NCBI GenBank assembly: GCA_947179245.1
Contig: CAMXBD010000001.1
Location: 11,562-75,561, forward strand
Length of the DNA: 64,000 nucleotides
DNA from: an uncultured Lachnospiraceae bacterium
GTDB lineage: Bacteria > Bacillota > Clostridia > Lachnospirales > Lachnospiraceae
Direction of reading: 5' to 3'
Shown one piece after another: positions 40,112 to 48,440 of this stretch (positions are counted from its first letter, which is position 1; every line of letters begins with the position of its first letter). Made by a program: the position numbers and the translations under genes. The notes below the pieces were generated by a model, which saw only the letters and a list, made by a program, of their open reading frames with translations, was not told the DNA's origin and ran no database searches.

Positions 40112-41899
40112 ATGGATAGGATAACAGTAATGTATCGTAAATATCAAAATTTCATAGAAAAGATACTGTTTCCGGGGATCTTGATTCTGTATCCGCTGTT
40201 GAACGTGCGGCAGGGGATTGCGGTGTCGGACACTACTTACAGCCTGTCAAATTTCCAGTATTTCCCATCCATGGACGGAACGTGGATGGTAGCTACCTAT
40301 CTGGCAAATGTGGTGGGAAACTTCATGATGCATCTGCCGTTTGGCGGAACTTTGATGGGAATGTACTGCTACACGTCGCTGATACAGTCTGCGACGGCGG
40401 TGGGAGTTTATGCAGTTTTGCGAAAGAAGATTCCGGCGCCGCTTGTATTTCTGGGTGAGTGGATTGCGGTGGGGCTGTGCTGGTGTCCGTCTACGGTTTT
40501 GTATAATTATCTGACCTATCTGTTTATGGCAGCAGGCGTGCTCTTACTATACAATGGTATCTTGAAAGGAAAGAAAAGTTACTATATAGCGGCGGGCATC
40601 TGCCTTGGGATGAATGTAGCGGTGCGGATGCCGAATGTGGTGCAGATGGCATTTATTATAGCACTGTGGTATGGTGCGGTGATTGATGGACGGACATTGC
40701 AGCAGACCGTGCGGGATACACTGTGGTGCATTCTGGGCTATGCAGCCGGATTCGGGATGCCATTTGCGGCAATCTGTATCCGATACGGCGTGGGAGCTTA
40801 CCCCGCCATGGTGCAGACTATGTTTGCGATGACCGAGAAGGCGGAGGATTATAAGCCGACAGCCATGATAACGGGTATGTTCGGAGGCTATATCAGAGGA
40901 TTTTACTGGATGAGCTTTGCAATTGTCTGCGCAGTGGGCGGGTATATTCTTTTTGCAATACAGCGCAGAATGTTTGCAGAAAAGCACAGTGTACAGGTTT
41001 TGTGTAAAGGCGTTTATGTGGCGGTGCTTGCTGTCCTTCTTCGGTTTTATTGGGGAAGAGGCATGTTCAGTTTCCGTTATTATAATGACGGCAGTATCTT
41101 TTATCCGGCGGTACTGGTTCTGATGTCGGCGATTATTATGGCACTGTACTGTCTGGTGGTAAAGAATGCAGGTAAAGAGCAGAAAATTATGGCGGTACTC
41201 GTTCTGGTACAGATTTTTGTGACGCCGTTAGGCGGCAATAATGGACTGTATCCAATCATAAATAATCTGTTTATTGTTGTACCGTTCGTGCTTTGGATTG
41301 CCTATGAGCGATTGGCATACGGCAGAAACAGCGAGAAGATGGCTTCTTTCATATGGGGAGCGCCGTTTGTGATACTTGTGCTTTTAGCCACTGTACAGAG
41401 TACGGGATTTCATATGAACTTTGCTTTTCGGGACGGAATATACGGCGAAGCGCGTGATGTGACGGTACAGACGCCGGCTAAAGCGGCAGGAGTCTATACG
41501 AATCAGGACAATGCGGCGTGGCTTGAGGAACTGGCGGAATATACGGAAGGTGCAGGTTTGACGGGACGGGAGGCGCTTCTGTATGGGGATATTCCGGGGC
41601 TGGGATATCTGTTAAACATGCCCCCGGCATTATCTACTTTCTGGACGGATCTGGACAGTTACCGCATGGTAGAATTTGAGCGGGATATGGAACGGATCAC
41701 GACACCTCCGGTAATTATTGTCAGCTCGCCTATAGCGGCTTATCTGGGGGAGGATGCGGATGGCATGAACTGGTTTGGAGTCGATCGGGAAGCACTGGAA
41801 GCAGATGAGAAACTACAGATTATTGCGGAGTATATGAAAGAGCATTCTTATCGGGAAACTTTCGGCAATGGACGTTATGTGGTGTATGTGACATCCTGA
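40112..41899 (+). CDS. Polytopic membrane protein, putative GT-C glycosyltransferase
   Basis: GIAVSDTTYS loop after TM1, LYNYLTY, RMPN, many TMs and a C-terminal external domain. Confidence 0.55.
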   Translation: MDRITVMYRKYQNFIEKILFPGILILYPLLNVRQGIAVSDTTYSLSNFQYFPSMDGTWMVATYLANVVGNFMMHLPFGGTLMGMYCYTSLIQSATAVGVYAVLRKKIPAPLVFLGEWIAVGLCWCPSTVLYNYLTYLFMAAGVLLLYNGILKGKKSYYIAAGICLGMNVAVRMPNVVQMAFIIALWYGAVIDGRTLQQTVRDTLWCILGYAAGFGMPFAAICIRYGVGAYPAMVQTMFAMTEKAEDYKPTAMITGMFGGYIRGFYWMSFAIVCAVGGYILFAIQRRMFAEKHSVQVLCKGVYVAVLAVLLRFYWGRGMFSFRYYNDGSIFYPAVLVLMSAIIMALYCLVVKNAGKEQKIMAVLVLVQIFVTPLGGNNGLYPIINNLFIVVPFVLWIAYERLAYGRNSEKMASFIWGAPFVILVLLATVQSTGFHMNFAFRDGIYGEARDVTVQTPAKAAGVYTNQDNAAWLEELAEYTEGAGLTGREALLYGDIPGLGYLLNMPPALSTFWTDLDSYRMVEFERDMERITTPPVIIVSSPIAAYLGEDADGMNWFGVDREALEADEKLQIIAEYMKEHSYRETFGNGRYVVYVTS

Positions 41900-41916
41900 T
41901 AAAAGTATGATATACT
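41888..41916 (+). promoter_or_regulatory. SigA-type promoter upstream of rffA
   Basis: GTGACA-17 bp-TATACT with TG extended -10. Confidence 0.6.
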
Positions 41917-41954
41917 TAGGCGCGAAGTGCATGATAGAGAAGAGGAATCGAAAG

Positions 41955-43082
41955 ATGATTAATTTTAATGTTCCGCCCTATACGGGCAAAGAAGTTGAAT
42001 ATATGAAGGAAGCCATCGAGAATCAGAAGATTTGCGGTGACGGACCTTTTACAAAGAAATGTAATGAATGGATTGAGAATCAGACGGGGACTGCCAAGTG
42101 TCTGCTCACTACTTCCTGTACGCATGCCACCGAGCTGGCGGCGCTTCTTGCCAAGATTAAAGAGGGGGATGAGGTGATTCTGCCATCTTACACTTTTGTG
42201 TCCACGGCAGACGCATTTGTCTTAAGAGGCGCTACGGCTGTTTTTGTGGATATCAGACCGGATACGATGAACATTGACGAGAATTTGATTGAGGATGCCA
42301 TCACAGAGCGGACGAAGGCAATCGTGCCGGTGCATTATGCGGGCGTGGGCTGTGAGATGGATGCGATCATGGACATTGCCAGAAGGCATAATCTGATGGT
42401 GGTCGAGGACGCGGCACAGGGCATTATGGCATCTTATAAAGGCAAACCGTTAGGTACGTTCGGTGATTTCGGATGTTTCAGTTTCCATGAGACGAAGAAT
42501 TTCAGTATGGGAGAAGGCGGTGCGCTGCTCATACGGGATGAGAAATATATAGAGGACGCCGAGATCCTCAGGGAGAAAGGAACTGACAGAAGCAAATATT
42601 ACCGTGGGCAGGTAGATAAATACCGCTGGCAGAATTACGGGTCATCCTATCTGCCGAGCGATATGAATGCGGCTTATCTGTATGCGCAGCTGGAGCTGGC
42701 TGAGGAGATCACGCAGGCAAGGATGGATCGGTGGAATCAGTACCGGGAGTTACTTACGCCGCTTGCTGAGGCAGGGAAGATTGAACTGCCGTATGTGCCT
42801 GAGTATTGCATTCACAATGCGCATATGTTCTATATCAAGACGAAAGATATGGAGGAGAGAAGCAGGCTGATCGAGTTCCTGAAACAAAAGGATATTCTGT
42901 CGGTATTCCATTATGTGCCGCTTCACTCTGCGCCTGCCGGAATAAAGTTTGGGAGATTTCATGGGGAGGACAAGTATACCACAAAGGAGAGTGAGAGGCT
43001 TCTGCGTCTGCCGATGTTCTATAAGCTGACAGCGGATGAGGTGGAATACATTGCAGAACAGGTGAAAGCGTTTTACCGCTGA
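41955..43082 (+). CDS. rffA: dTDP-4-amino-4,6-dideoxygalactose transaminase (WecE)
   Basis: MINFNVPP, CGDGPFT, LLTTSCTHA, FSFHETKN..GEGG, REKGTDRS..RGQVDKY, FHYVPLH. Confidence 0.93.
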   Translation: MINFNVPPYTGKEVEYMKEAIENQKICGDGPFTKKCNEWIENQTGTAKCLLTTSCTHATELAALLAKIKEGDEVILPSYTFVSTADAFVLRGATAVFVDIRPDTMNIDENLIEDAITERTKAIVPVHYAGVGCEMDAIMDIARRHNLMVVEDAAQGIMASYKGKPLGTFGDFGCFSFHETKNFSMGEGGALLIRDEKYIEDAEILREKGTDRSKYYRGQVDKYRWQNYGSSYLPSDMNAAYLYAQLELAEEITQARMDRWNQYRELLTPLAEAGKIELPYVPEYCIHNAHMFYIKTKDMEERSRLIEFLKQKDILSVFHYVPLHSAPAGIKFGRFHGEDKYTTKESERLLRLPMFYKLTADEVEYIAEQVKAFYR

Positions 43083-43137
43083 GAGCGGGGAAGGATATCT
43101 GCTGCCGGGATAAAGACAAAGCAGCAGTTCTGAGGTC

Positions 43138-45024
43138 ATGTGGTTCATGGAACATAGTAAGGGATTAAAAAAATATGGGAACTGCATACTGACATTCATA
43201 GTCGTGGCGCTCAATATTGCCGTGATGGGGATATGCTTTGACTTTTATTATGATTTGAATGACGACACCATGATGAAAGATATCATGTCAGGAGTTTACA
43301 GCGGAATGCCTGACGGACATAATATGCAGACGCTCTATCCGTTGGGAGCGCTGATTGCGCTGTGTTACAGACTGTGCGGGGCGATACCTTGGTACGGTCT
43401 GTTTTTGTGTCTATGCCAATTCGGATGCTTCTATCTGATCGGTGTGCGTCTGTGCGCTATGGCGGATTCGGCGTATATTCCGGTTCGCGGTGGGGGTGTG
43501 TCAGGTGGACAAAGCTGTGCCGCCGGTAAAAAAGCGATGGGCGGCAGGATGATTTTACTGCTTCTGCTGACACTTTTTCTATGGGGAGTATGTCTTCCTC
43601 ATTTTGTCAGTATTCAGTACACGGTCAGTTGTGCCATTATGTCTGCAACGGCAATTTTCTGGTTTTATACGACACCGAAAGATATAACTGCACAACAATT
43701 TGTTGTAAGCAATCTTCCGTCGGTCATTCTTGTAATTGTGGCATACCAGTTGAGGACGGAGATGCTCCTTCTCACATTTCCTTTTATCTGTCTGGCGGGT
43801 TTATACCGCATGGTGGAGGAAAAGGAGTTGTTTGCAAGAGAAACTCTGTGTAAGTACGGCGCTGTGCTGGGAATGATCCTAGTGGGGATGTTCCTGTCGT
43901 CAGCAGCAGATTATGCCGCATACAGCGAAGCGGAGTGGAAGGATTTCCGGGATTTCTTTGATGCAAGAACAACGGTTTACGATTTTTATCCGGAATTGGT
44001 TACCGGTGAGATGTACAGCAGTGCATTGACGGAGCTTGGCGTGACATCGGAGCAGCAGGCACTGCTTAATATTAACAATTATAATTTCGGCTTGGATGAT
44101 GCGATAGACACGTCTATGCTCATGCGTATGGCGGATTATGCTTCGCATACGCTGGGGCAGGCCAAGGATTGGGCGGCAATTTTCAAGGGAGCGGTATCTT
44201 TCTATATATACCGGACGTTTCACGGACAGGACGCACCCTATAATATAATTGTGTTATGGGCATATATAGCGGTAGCGGCAGCAGGATTTATACTGTGTCA
44301 TAAAAATAAGGCGGACGATGCGCAGATGGCAGGACGGCGCATCGTGCAGCGATATGCCTTCGCATGGCAGCTTGTACTGCTGGCGGCAGTGCGCAGTGCA
44401 ATCTGGATGTTTATATTAATGAGAGGACGCGATCCTGTGCGCATCACCCATTCGCTGTATCTTGTAGAGGCGGCGCTTTTATTGGCGATTCTCATAAGAA
44501 TGCTCTGTTCATGCAGGATGGATATGAAGAGGGACGGCGTGATGCGCGGGATGGGGATATTGCTTGTGCTTCTGATGGCGGGAAGTGCGGCGGACAGCAT
44601 ATCACAGGTCAGGGACGATCAGACGAGGCGTGAATGGACCAACACAGGCTGGTATGAGATCGATGCCTATTGCAGAGAACATACGGAGAATTTCTATTTT
44701 GAGGATGTGTATTCCACGGTATCTTTTTCTCAAAAGATATTCGGAGGAACTGATAACGGCTATGCAAATTATGATATAATGGGAGGATGGATGTGTAAAA
44801 GTCCTCTTTATAAGGACAAACTGTCTCGTTATCATATTATTTCCGCAAAGGAAGCGCTGCTTGGAGACGATAACGTATATCTGATCATATCTGATACGGA
44901 AGCTCTTGACAGGGGATTCGGATGGCTCATAGATTTCTATGAATCGCAGGGCGTGGGAGTGACAGTGGAGGAGACTGACAAGATTGGGGAATACTATTCT
45001 GTATATAAAATACGCGAAAAGTAA
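43138..45024 (+). CDS. Polytopic membrane protein, putative GT-C glycosyltransferase
   Basis: YYDLNDDTMM acidic pair after TM1, IPWYG, QYT, LRTE, many TMs. Confidence 0.6.
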   Translation: MWFMEHSKGLKKYGNCILTFIVVALNIAVMGICFDFYYDLNDDTMMKDIMSGVYSGMPDGHNMQTLYPLGALIALCYRLCGAIPWYGLFLCLCQFGCFYLIGVRLCAMADSAYIPVRGGGVSGGQSCAAGKKAMGGRMILLLLLTLFLWGVCLPHFVSIQYTVSCAIMSATAIFWFYTTPKDITAQQFVVSNLPSVILVIVAYQLRTEMLLLTFPFICLAGLYRMVEEKELFARETLCKYGAVLGMILVGMFLSSAADYAAYSEAEWKDFRDFFDARTTVYDFYPELVTGEMYSSALTELGVTSEQQALLNINNYNFGLDDAIDTSMLMRMADYASHTLGQAKDWAAIFKGAVSFYIYRTFHGQDAPYNIIVLWAYIAVAAAGFILCHKNKADDAQMAGRRIVQRYAFAWQLVLLAAVRSAIWMFILMRGRDPVRITHSLYLVEAALLLAILIRMLCSCRMDMKRDGVMRGMGILLVLLMAGSAADSISQVRDDQTRREWTNTGWYEIDAYCREHTENFYFEDVYSTVSFSQKIFGGTDNGYANYDIMGGWMCKSPLYKDKLSRYHIISAKEALLGDDNVYLIISDTEALDRGFGWLIDFYESQGVGVTVEETDKIGEYYSVYKIREK

Positions 45025-45036
45025 AATGGTGGGAGC

Positions 45037-45561
45037 ATGGAACATTTAGTACATTTACGTCCTGTGACGGTTGGTGATGCAAAGAAGATCGTCGAGTGGC
45101 GCAATAAGGATTTCGTGAGGAAAAATTTTATCTATCAGGAGCTTTTTACTGAAGAGGGACAGCTTAAGTGGATCAGAGAGCAGGTGGAGACCGGGCATGT
45201 GGTGCAGTTTATTATCTGTCTGTCTGATGAAAGAGAGATAGGAAGTGTCTATTTACGGGATATCGACCGGGAAACGGGCACGGCAGAATATGGGATTTTT
45301 ATCGGCGAGGAAGATGCTTTAGGGCGCGGGTACGGTACAAAGACCGCTAAGGAGGCGCTTAAGCACGCATTTACTACTCTTGCCCTTAACAGAGTATTCT
45401 TACGTTTCCTGTCGGATAATATCGGAGCGCGGAAAAGTTACAGCCGCGCAGGTTTTTGTATGACGAATCAAAAAGAGACTGTGGAAACTTTGCAGGGTAA
45501 GCGGGAAGTATGTTTTATGGAGATAGACCGTGACACATTTTTGCATTTGGAGGAATTATGA
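45037..45561 (+). CDS. GNAT N-acetyltransferase (PseH-like)
   Basis: IVEWRN...VR, AEYGIFIGE, GRGYGT (motif A), N.GA..SY...GF. Confidence 0.85.
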   Translation: MEHLVHLRPVTVGDAKKIVEWRNKDFVRKNFIYQELFTEEGQLKWIREQVETGHVVQFIICLSDEREIGSVYLRDIDRETGTAEYGIFIGEEDALGRGYGTKTAKEALKHAFTTLALNRVFLRFLSDNIGARKSYSRAGFCMTNQKETVETLQGKREVCFMEIDRDTFLHLEEL

Positions 45562-46529
45562 GTAAATTGATCAGCTTTGTAATACCTTGTTATCGTTCGG
45601 CACAGACTATCGGCAGGGTGATAGAAGAAATTGATGAGACAATGAAGGGCTTGAAAGCGTATTCTTATGAGATCGTGCTGGTCAATGACCACTCACCGGA
45701 TGATACCTATGAGGCGATTCGTACTCTCTGTACAAAGCGCGGGGATATATGTGGGATAGATCTTGCCAGAAACTTCGGGCAGCATGCGGCGCTCATGGCG
45801 GGATTTCGCTATGCACACGGTGAAATCATTGTCTGTCTGGACGACGACGGGCAGACTCCGGCGGATGAAGTCGGTAAACTGCTTGACAAGATAGAGGAAG
45901 GTTATGATGTGGTCTATGCGAAATATGCGCATAAGCAGCATTCTGGTTTTCGGAATTTCGGGAGTAAAGTCAATGAGCTTATGACCAGAGTGATGCTGGG
46001 GAAACCCAAGGAACTCTATTTATCGAGTTATTTTGCCGCCAGACGGTTTGTCGTTGATGAGATGCTTCGCTACACGAATCCGTATCCTTATGTGATTGGA
46101 CTGGTACTTCGCACGACGAAGAACATCACTAACGTGGAAGTAATGCACAGGGAGCGCGAAATCGGCAGTTCGGGATACACGATAGGAAAACTGCTGGGGT
46201 TATGGTTTAACGGTTTTACAGCATTCAGTATCAAGCCGCTAAGAATCGCCACGGCAGTGGGATGCATGACTGCATGCGGCGGCTTTCTGTACGGTATCTA
46301 TACGATTGTCAAGAAATTTATCAATCCGAATGTGCCTGTCGGATTCAGCGCCGTAATGGCGGCGCTTGTTTTTATCGGGGGCATGCTTATGCTTATGCTC
46401 GGATTGATCGGGGAGTATATCGGCAGAATCTATATTTCACTCAACAATTCTCCGCAGTATGTCATTAAGGAGTGTATCAATGGAGACGACGGGAAGAACA
46501 TGCAGGCGGAGAGAACGGACGGACAATGA
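45558..46529 (+). CDS. GT2 polyprenol-phosphate glycosyltransferase (ArnC/GtrB-like)
   Basis: VIPCY, VNDHSPD, LARNFGQHAALMAG, LDDDGQ, two C-terminal TMs, GEYIGRIY. Confidence 0.9.
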   Translation: MSKLISFVIPCYRSAQTIGRVIEEIDETMKGLKAYSYEIVLVNDHSPDDTYEAIRTLCTKRGDICGIDLARNFGQHAALMAGFRYAHGEIIVCLDDDGQTPADEVGKLLDKIEEGYDVVYAKYAHKQHSGFRNFGSKVNELMTRVMLGKPKELYLSSYFAARRFVVDEMLRYTNPYPYVIGLVLRTTKNITNVEVMHREREIGSSGYTIGKLLGLWFNGFTAFSIKPLRIATAVGCMTACGGFLYGIYTIVKKFINPNVPVGFSAVMAALVFIGGMLMLMLGLIGEYIGRIYISLNNSPQYVIKECINGDDGKNMQAERTDGQ

Positions 46530-48337
46530 ACGAGAATGAATTTAGAATAAAAATGAAATTGAATACAGCCGCTTTTCTGATTGCGACAGCGGGAACCCTG
46601 TGTTTTCCGCAAATTCTGAATCTGAAAGAAAACACGCTGGGATTTACCAACAGTATTTTCTCTATCTTTGTGTGGCTGTTATGTATTTATGCTGTTAACT
46701 GGTCGCTGCACACCATCGACCTTAAAGACAAAAGAGGGTGGATGATTGCGGCTGTTTTATCTTTTTTGTTTACGACTGCAATGCTGTTCGGCGTTCGTCT
46801 GGATGCAGTGGGTAATGTGAACTTTAAGGATATAAGCCTGTGGATATCTCTTCCGGTACTGACATGTCTGTTTACGATACTGGTGCGGAAATTCTGGAAT
46901 TTTCTGGGCGGAATGAAGGACAGAAAGGGCAGACTTGCACAACATATACAGATGCCTAAGACTCCGGCAAAGGCGGCAAAACATGTTAATATATTGACGT
47001 TTTTATTCTTGATTTTATGCTGGCTTCCGGTGTTTCTGGCGGTTTATCCCGGCTTCTTTGTCTATGATGCACAGGATGAATGGTTACAGGTGGCGTCGAG
47101 ATCGTTTACCACACATCACCCGATTGTGCATGTGCTGTTATTGGGCGGTATTATCTGTGCGGTGCATAAGGCCACGGATTCATATAATCTGGGGATTGCA
47201 TGTTATACATTGGTACAGATGGTAATCGTTTCGGGAGGGTTTACCTATCTTCTTTCCTTTATGAGAAAAAGGGGAGTCTCTAAAATGGTGCGTATCGTTT
47301 CAATGTGTTATTTTGCCTTTTTCCCTGTTATTGTCATGTTTACGCTCTGCTCCGCCAAAGATGCACTTTTTACGGCAGCGCTTCTGCTTCTTCTTTTGTC
47401 GCTTCTTGATATGGGAAGTAATAAGGAGGAGTTTTTTGCGTCTAAGCAAAAGATGCTCTTCTTCATTTTTAGCGCGGCGGCGATGATGCTGTTTCGCAAA
47501 AACGGCGTCTATGCATTTGTGGTGATGGTGCCGATTCTTCTGATATATCACAAAGACAATCTGAAAAAGACGGGTCTGATCATTATGGCGGCATTTCTTG
47601 CTTATTTCCTGATAAACGGAGGACTGACAGCAGCCCTTCATGCCGAGACAGGGGGAAAACAGGAGATGCTCACTGTACCTATACAGCAGCTTGCACGGAC
47701 ATATAAGTTCAATCGTGAAGTTTTCGAACCGGAGGATATCGCTGCGCTTCATGAGATACTTCCGGAGGAAGCGCTTGTCCTGTATAATCCCAAGCTGTCA
47801 GACCCTGTGAAAGTCCGTTTTCAAAATAATATATTTTCGGCGGATAAGGCAAAGTATATCAAGCTTTGGGCACGCATCGGGTTGAAGAAGCCCTTGTCCT
47901 ACATCAATGCGTGGCTGGTAAATTCGTATGGCTTCTGGTATCCCGATACGGTGATTGATGTCTACTCAGGCAATACTGTGTTTACTTTTACTTATGGCGA
48001 TAGTTCTTACTTCGGTTACGAGGTGGAAGAGCCGGGATTCAGGGACAGCAAGATTCCGTGGCTGGACGAGGCCTACAGAAAGCTCGCGCTGGAGATCTCA
48101 CAGGAGAAAATTCCGATCTACTCCATGCTGTATTCTCCGGGTGGTATTTTCTGGGGAATTGCGTTTGTGTTTGCATATGTGCTGTACCGGAAGAAATATC
48201 ATCTGGTGATTCCGTATCTGATGGTACTGCTGACGTGGCTGACGGTAATTCTGGGTCCGACTTATCTGCCCCGGTATGTACTCATCTTCTGGTTCGGGCT
48301 GCCGCTTTTTATTGCCATGCTCTTAGAGGAAGTTTAG
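46526..48337 (+). CDS. DUF6020-like membrane protein, putative GT-C glycosyltransferase
   Basis: YPGFFVYDAQD, HHPIVH, KDALF, FRKNG, PIQQLAR, DPVK, PRY. Confidence 0.7.
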   Translation: MNENEFRIKMKLNTAAFLIATAGTLCFPQILNLKENTLGFTNSIFSIFVWLLCIYAVNWSLHTIDLKDKRGWMIAAVLSFLFTTAMLFGVRLDAVGNVNFKDISLWISLPVLTCLFTILVRKFWNFLGGMKDRKGRLAQHIQMPKTPAKAAKHVNILTFLFLILCWLPVFLAVYPGFFVYDAQDEWLQVASRSFTTHHPIVHVLLLGGIICAVHKATDSYNLGIACYTLVQMVIVSGGFTYLLSFMRKRGVSKMVRIVSMCYFAFFPVIVMFTLCSAKDALFTAALLLLLLSLLDMGSNKEEFFASKQKMLFFIFSAAAMMLFRKNGVYAFVVMVPILLIYHKDNLKKTGLIIMAAFLAYFLINGGLTAALHAETGGKQEMLTVPIQQLARTYKFNREVFEPEDIAALHEILPEEALVLYNPKLSDPVKVRFQNNIFSADKAKYIKLWARIGLKKPLSYINAWLVNSYGFWYPDTVIDVYSGNTVFTFTYGDSSYFGYEVEEPGFRDSKIPWLDEAYRKLALEISQEKIPIYSMLYSPGGIFWGIAFVFAYVLYRKKYHLVIPYLMVLLTWLTVILGPTYLPRYVLIFWFGLPLFIAMLLEEV

Positions 48338-48366
48338 TTGTAAAATAGATATATTCGTGATATACT
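48338..48366 (+). promoter_or_regulatory. SigA-type promoter upstream of the ligase-like gene
   Basis: TTGTAA-17 bp-TATACT with TG extended -10. Confidence 0.6.
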
Positions 48367-48440
48367 AAGCAATGATATTTTGAAATACTGTGCCCTGCGC
48401 TCAGTATGGTATACACAATAATATGAATCGGGAATAAATA

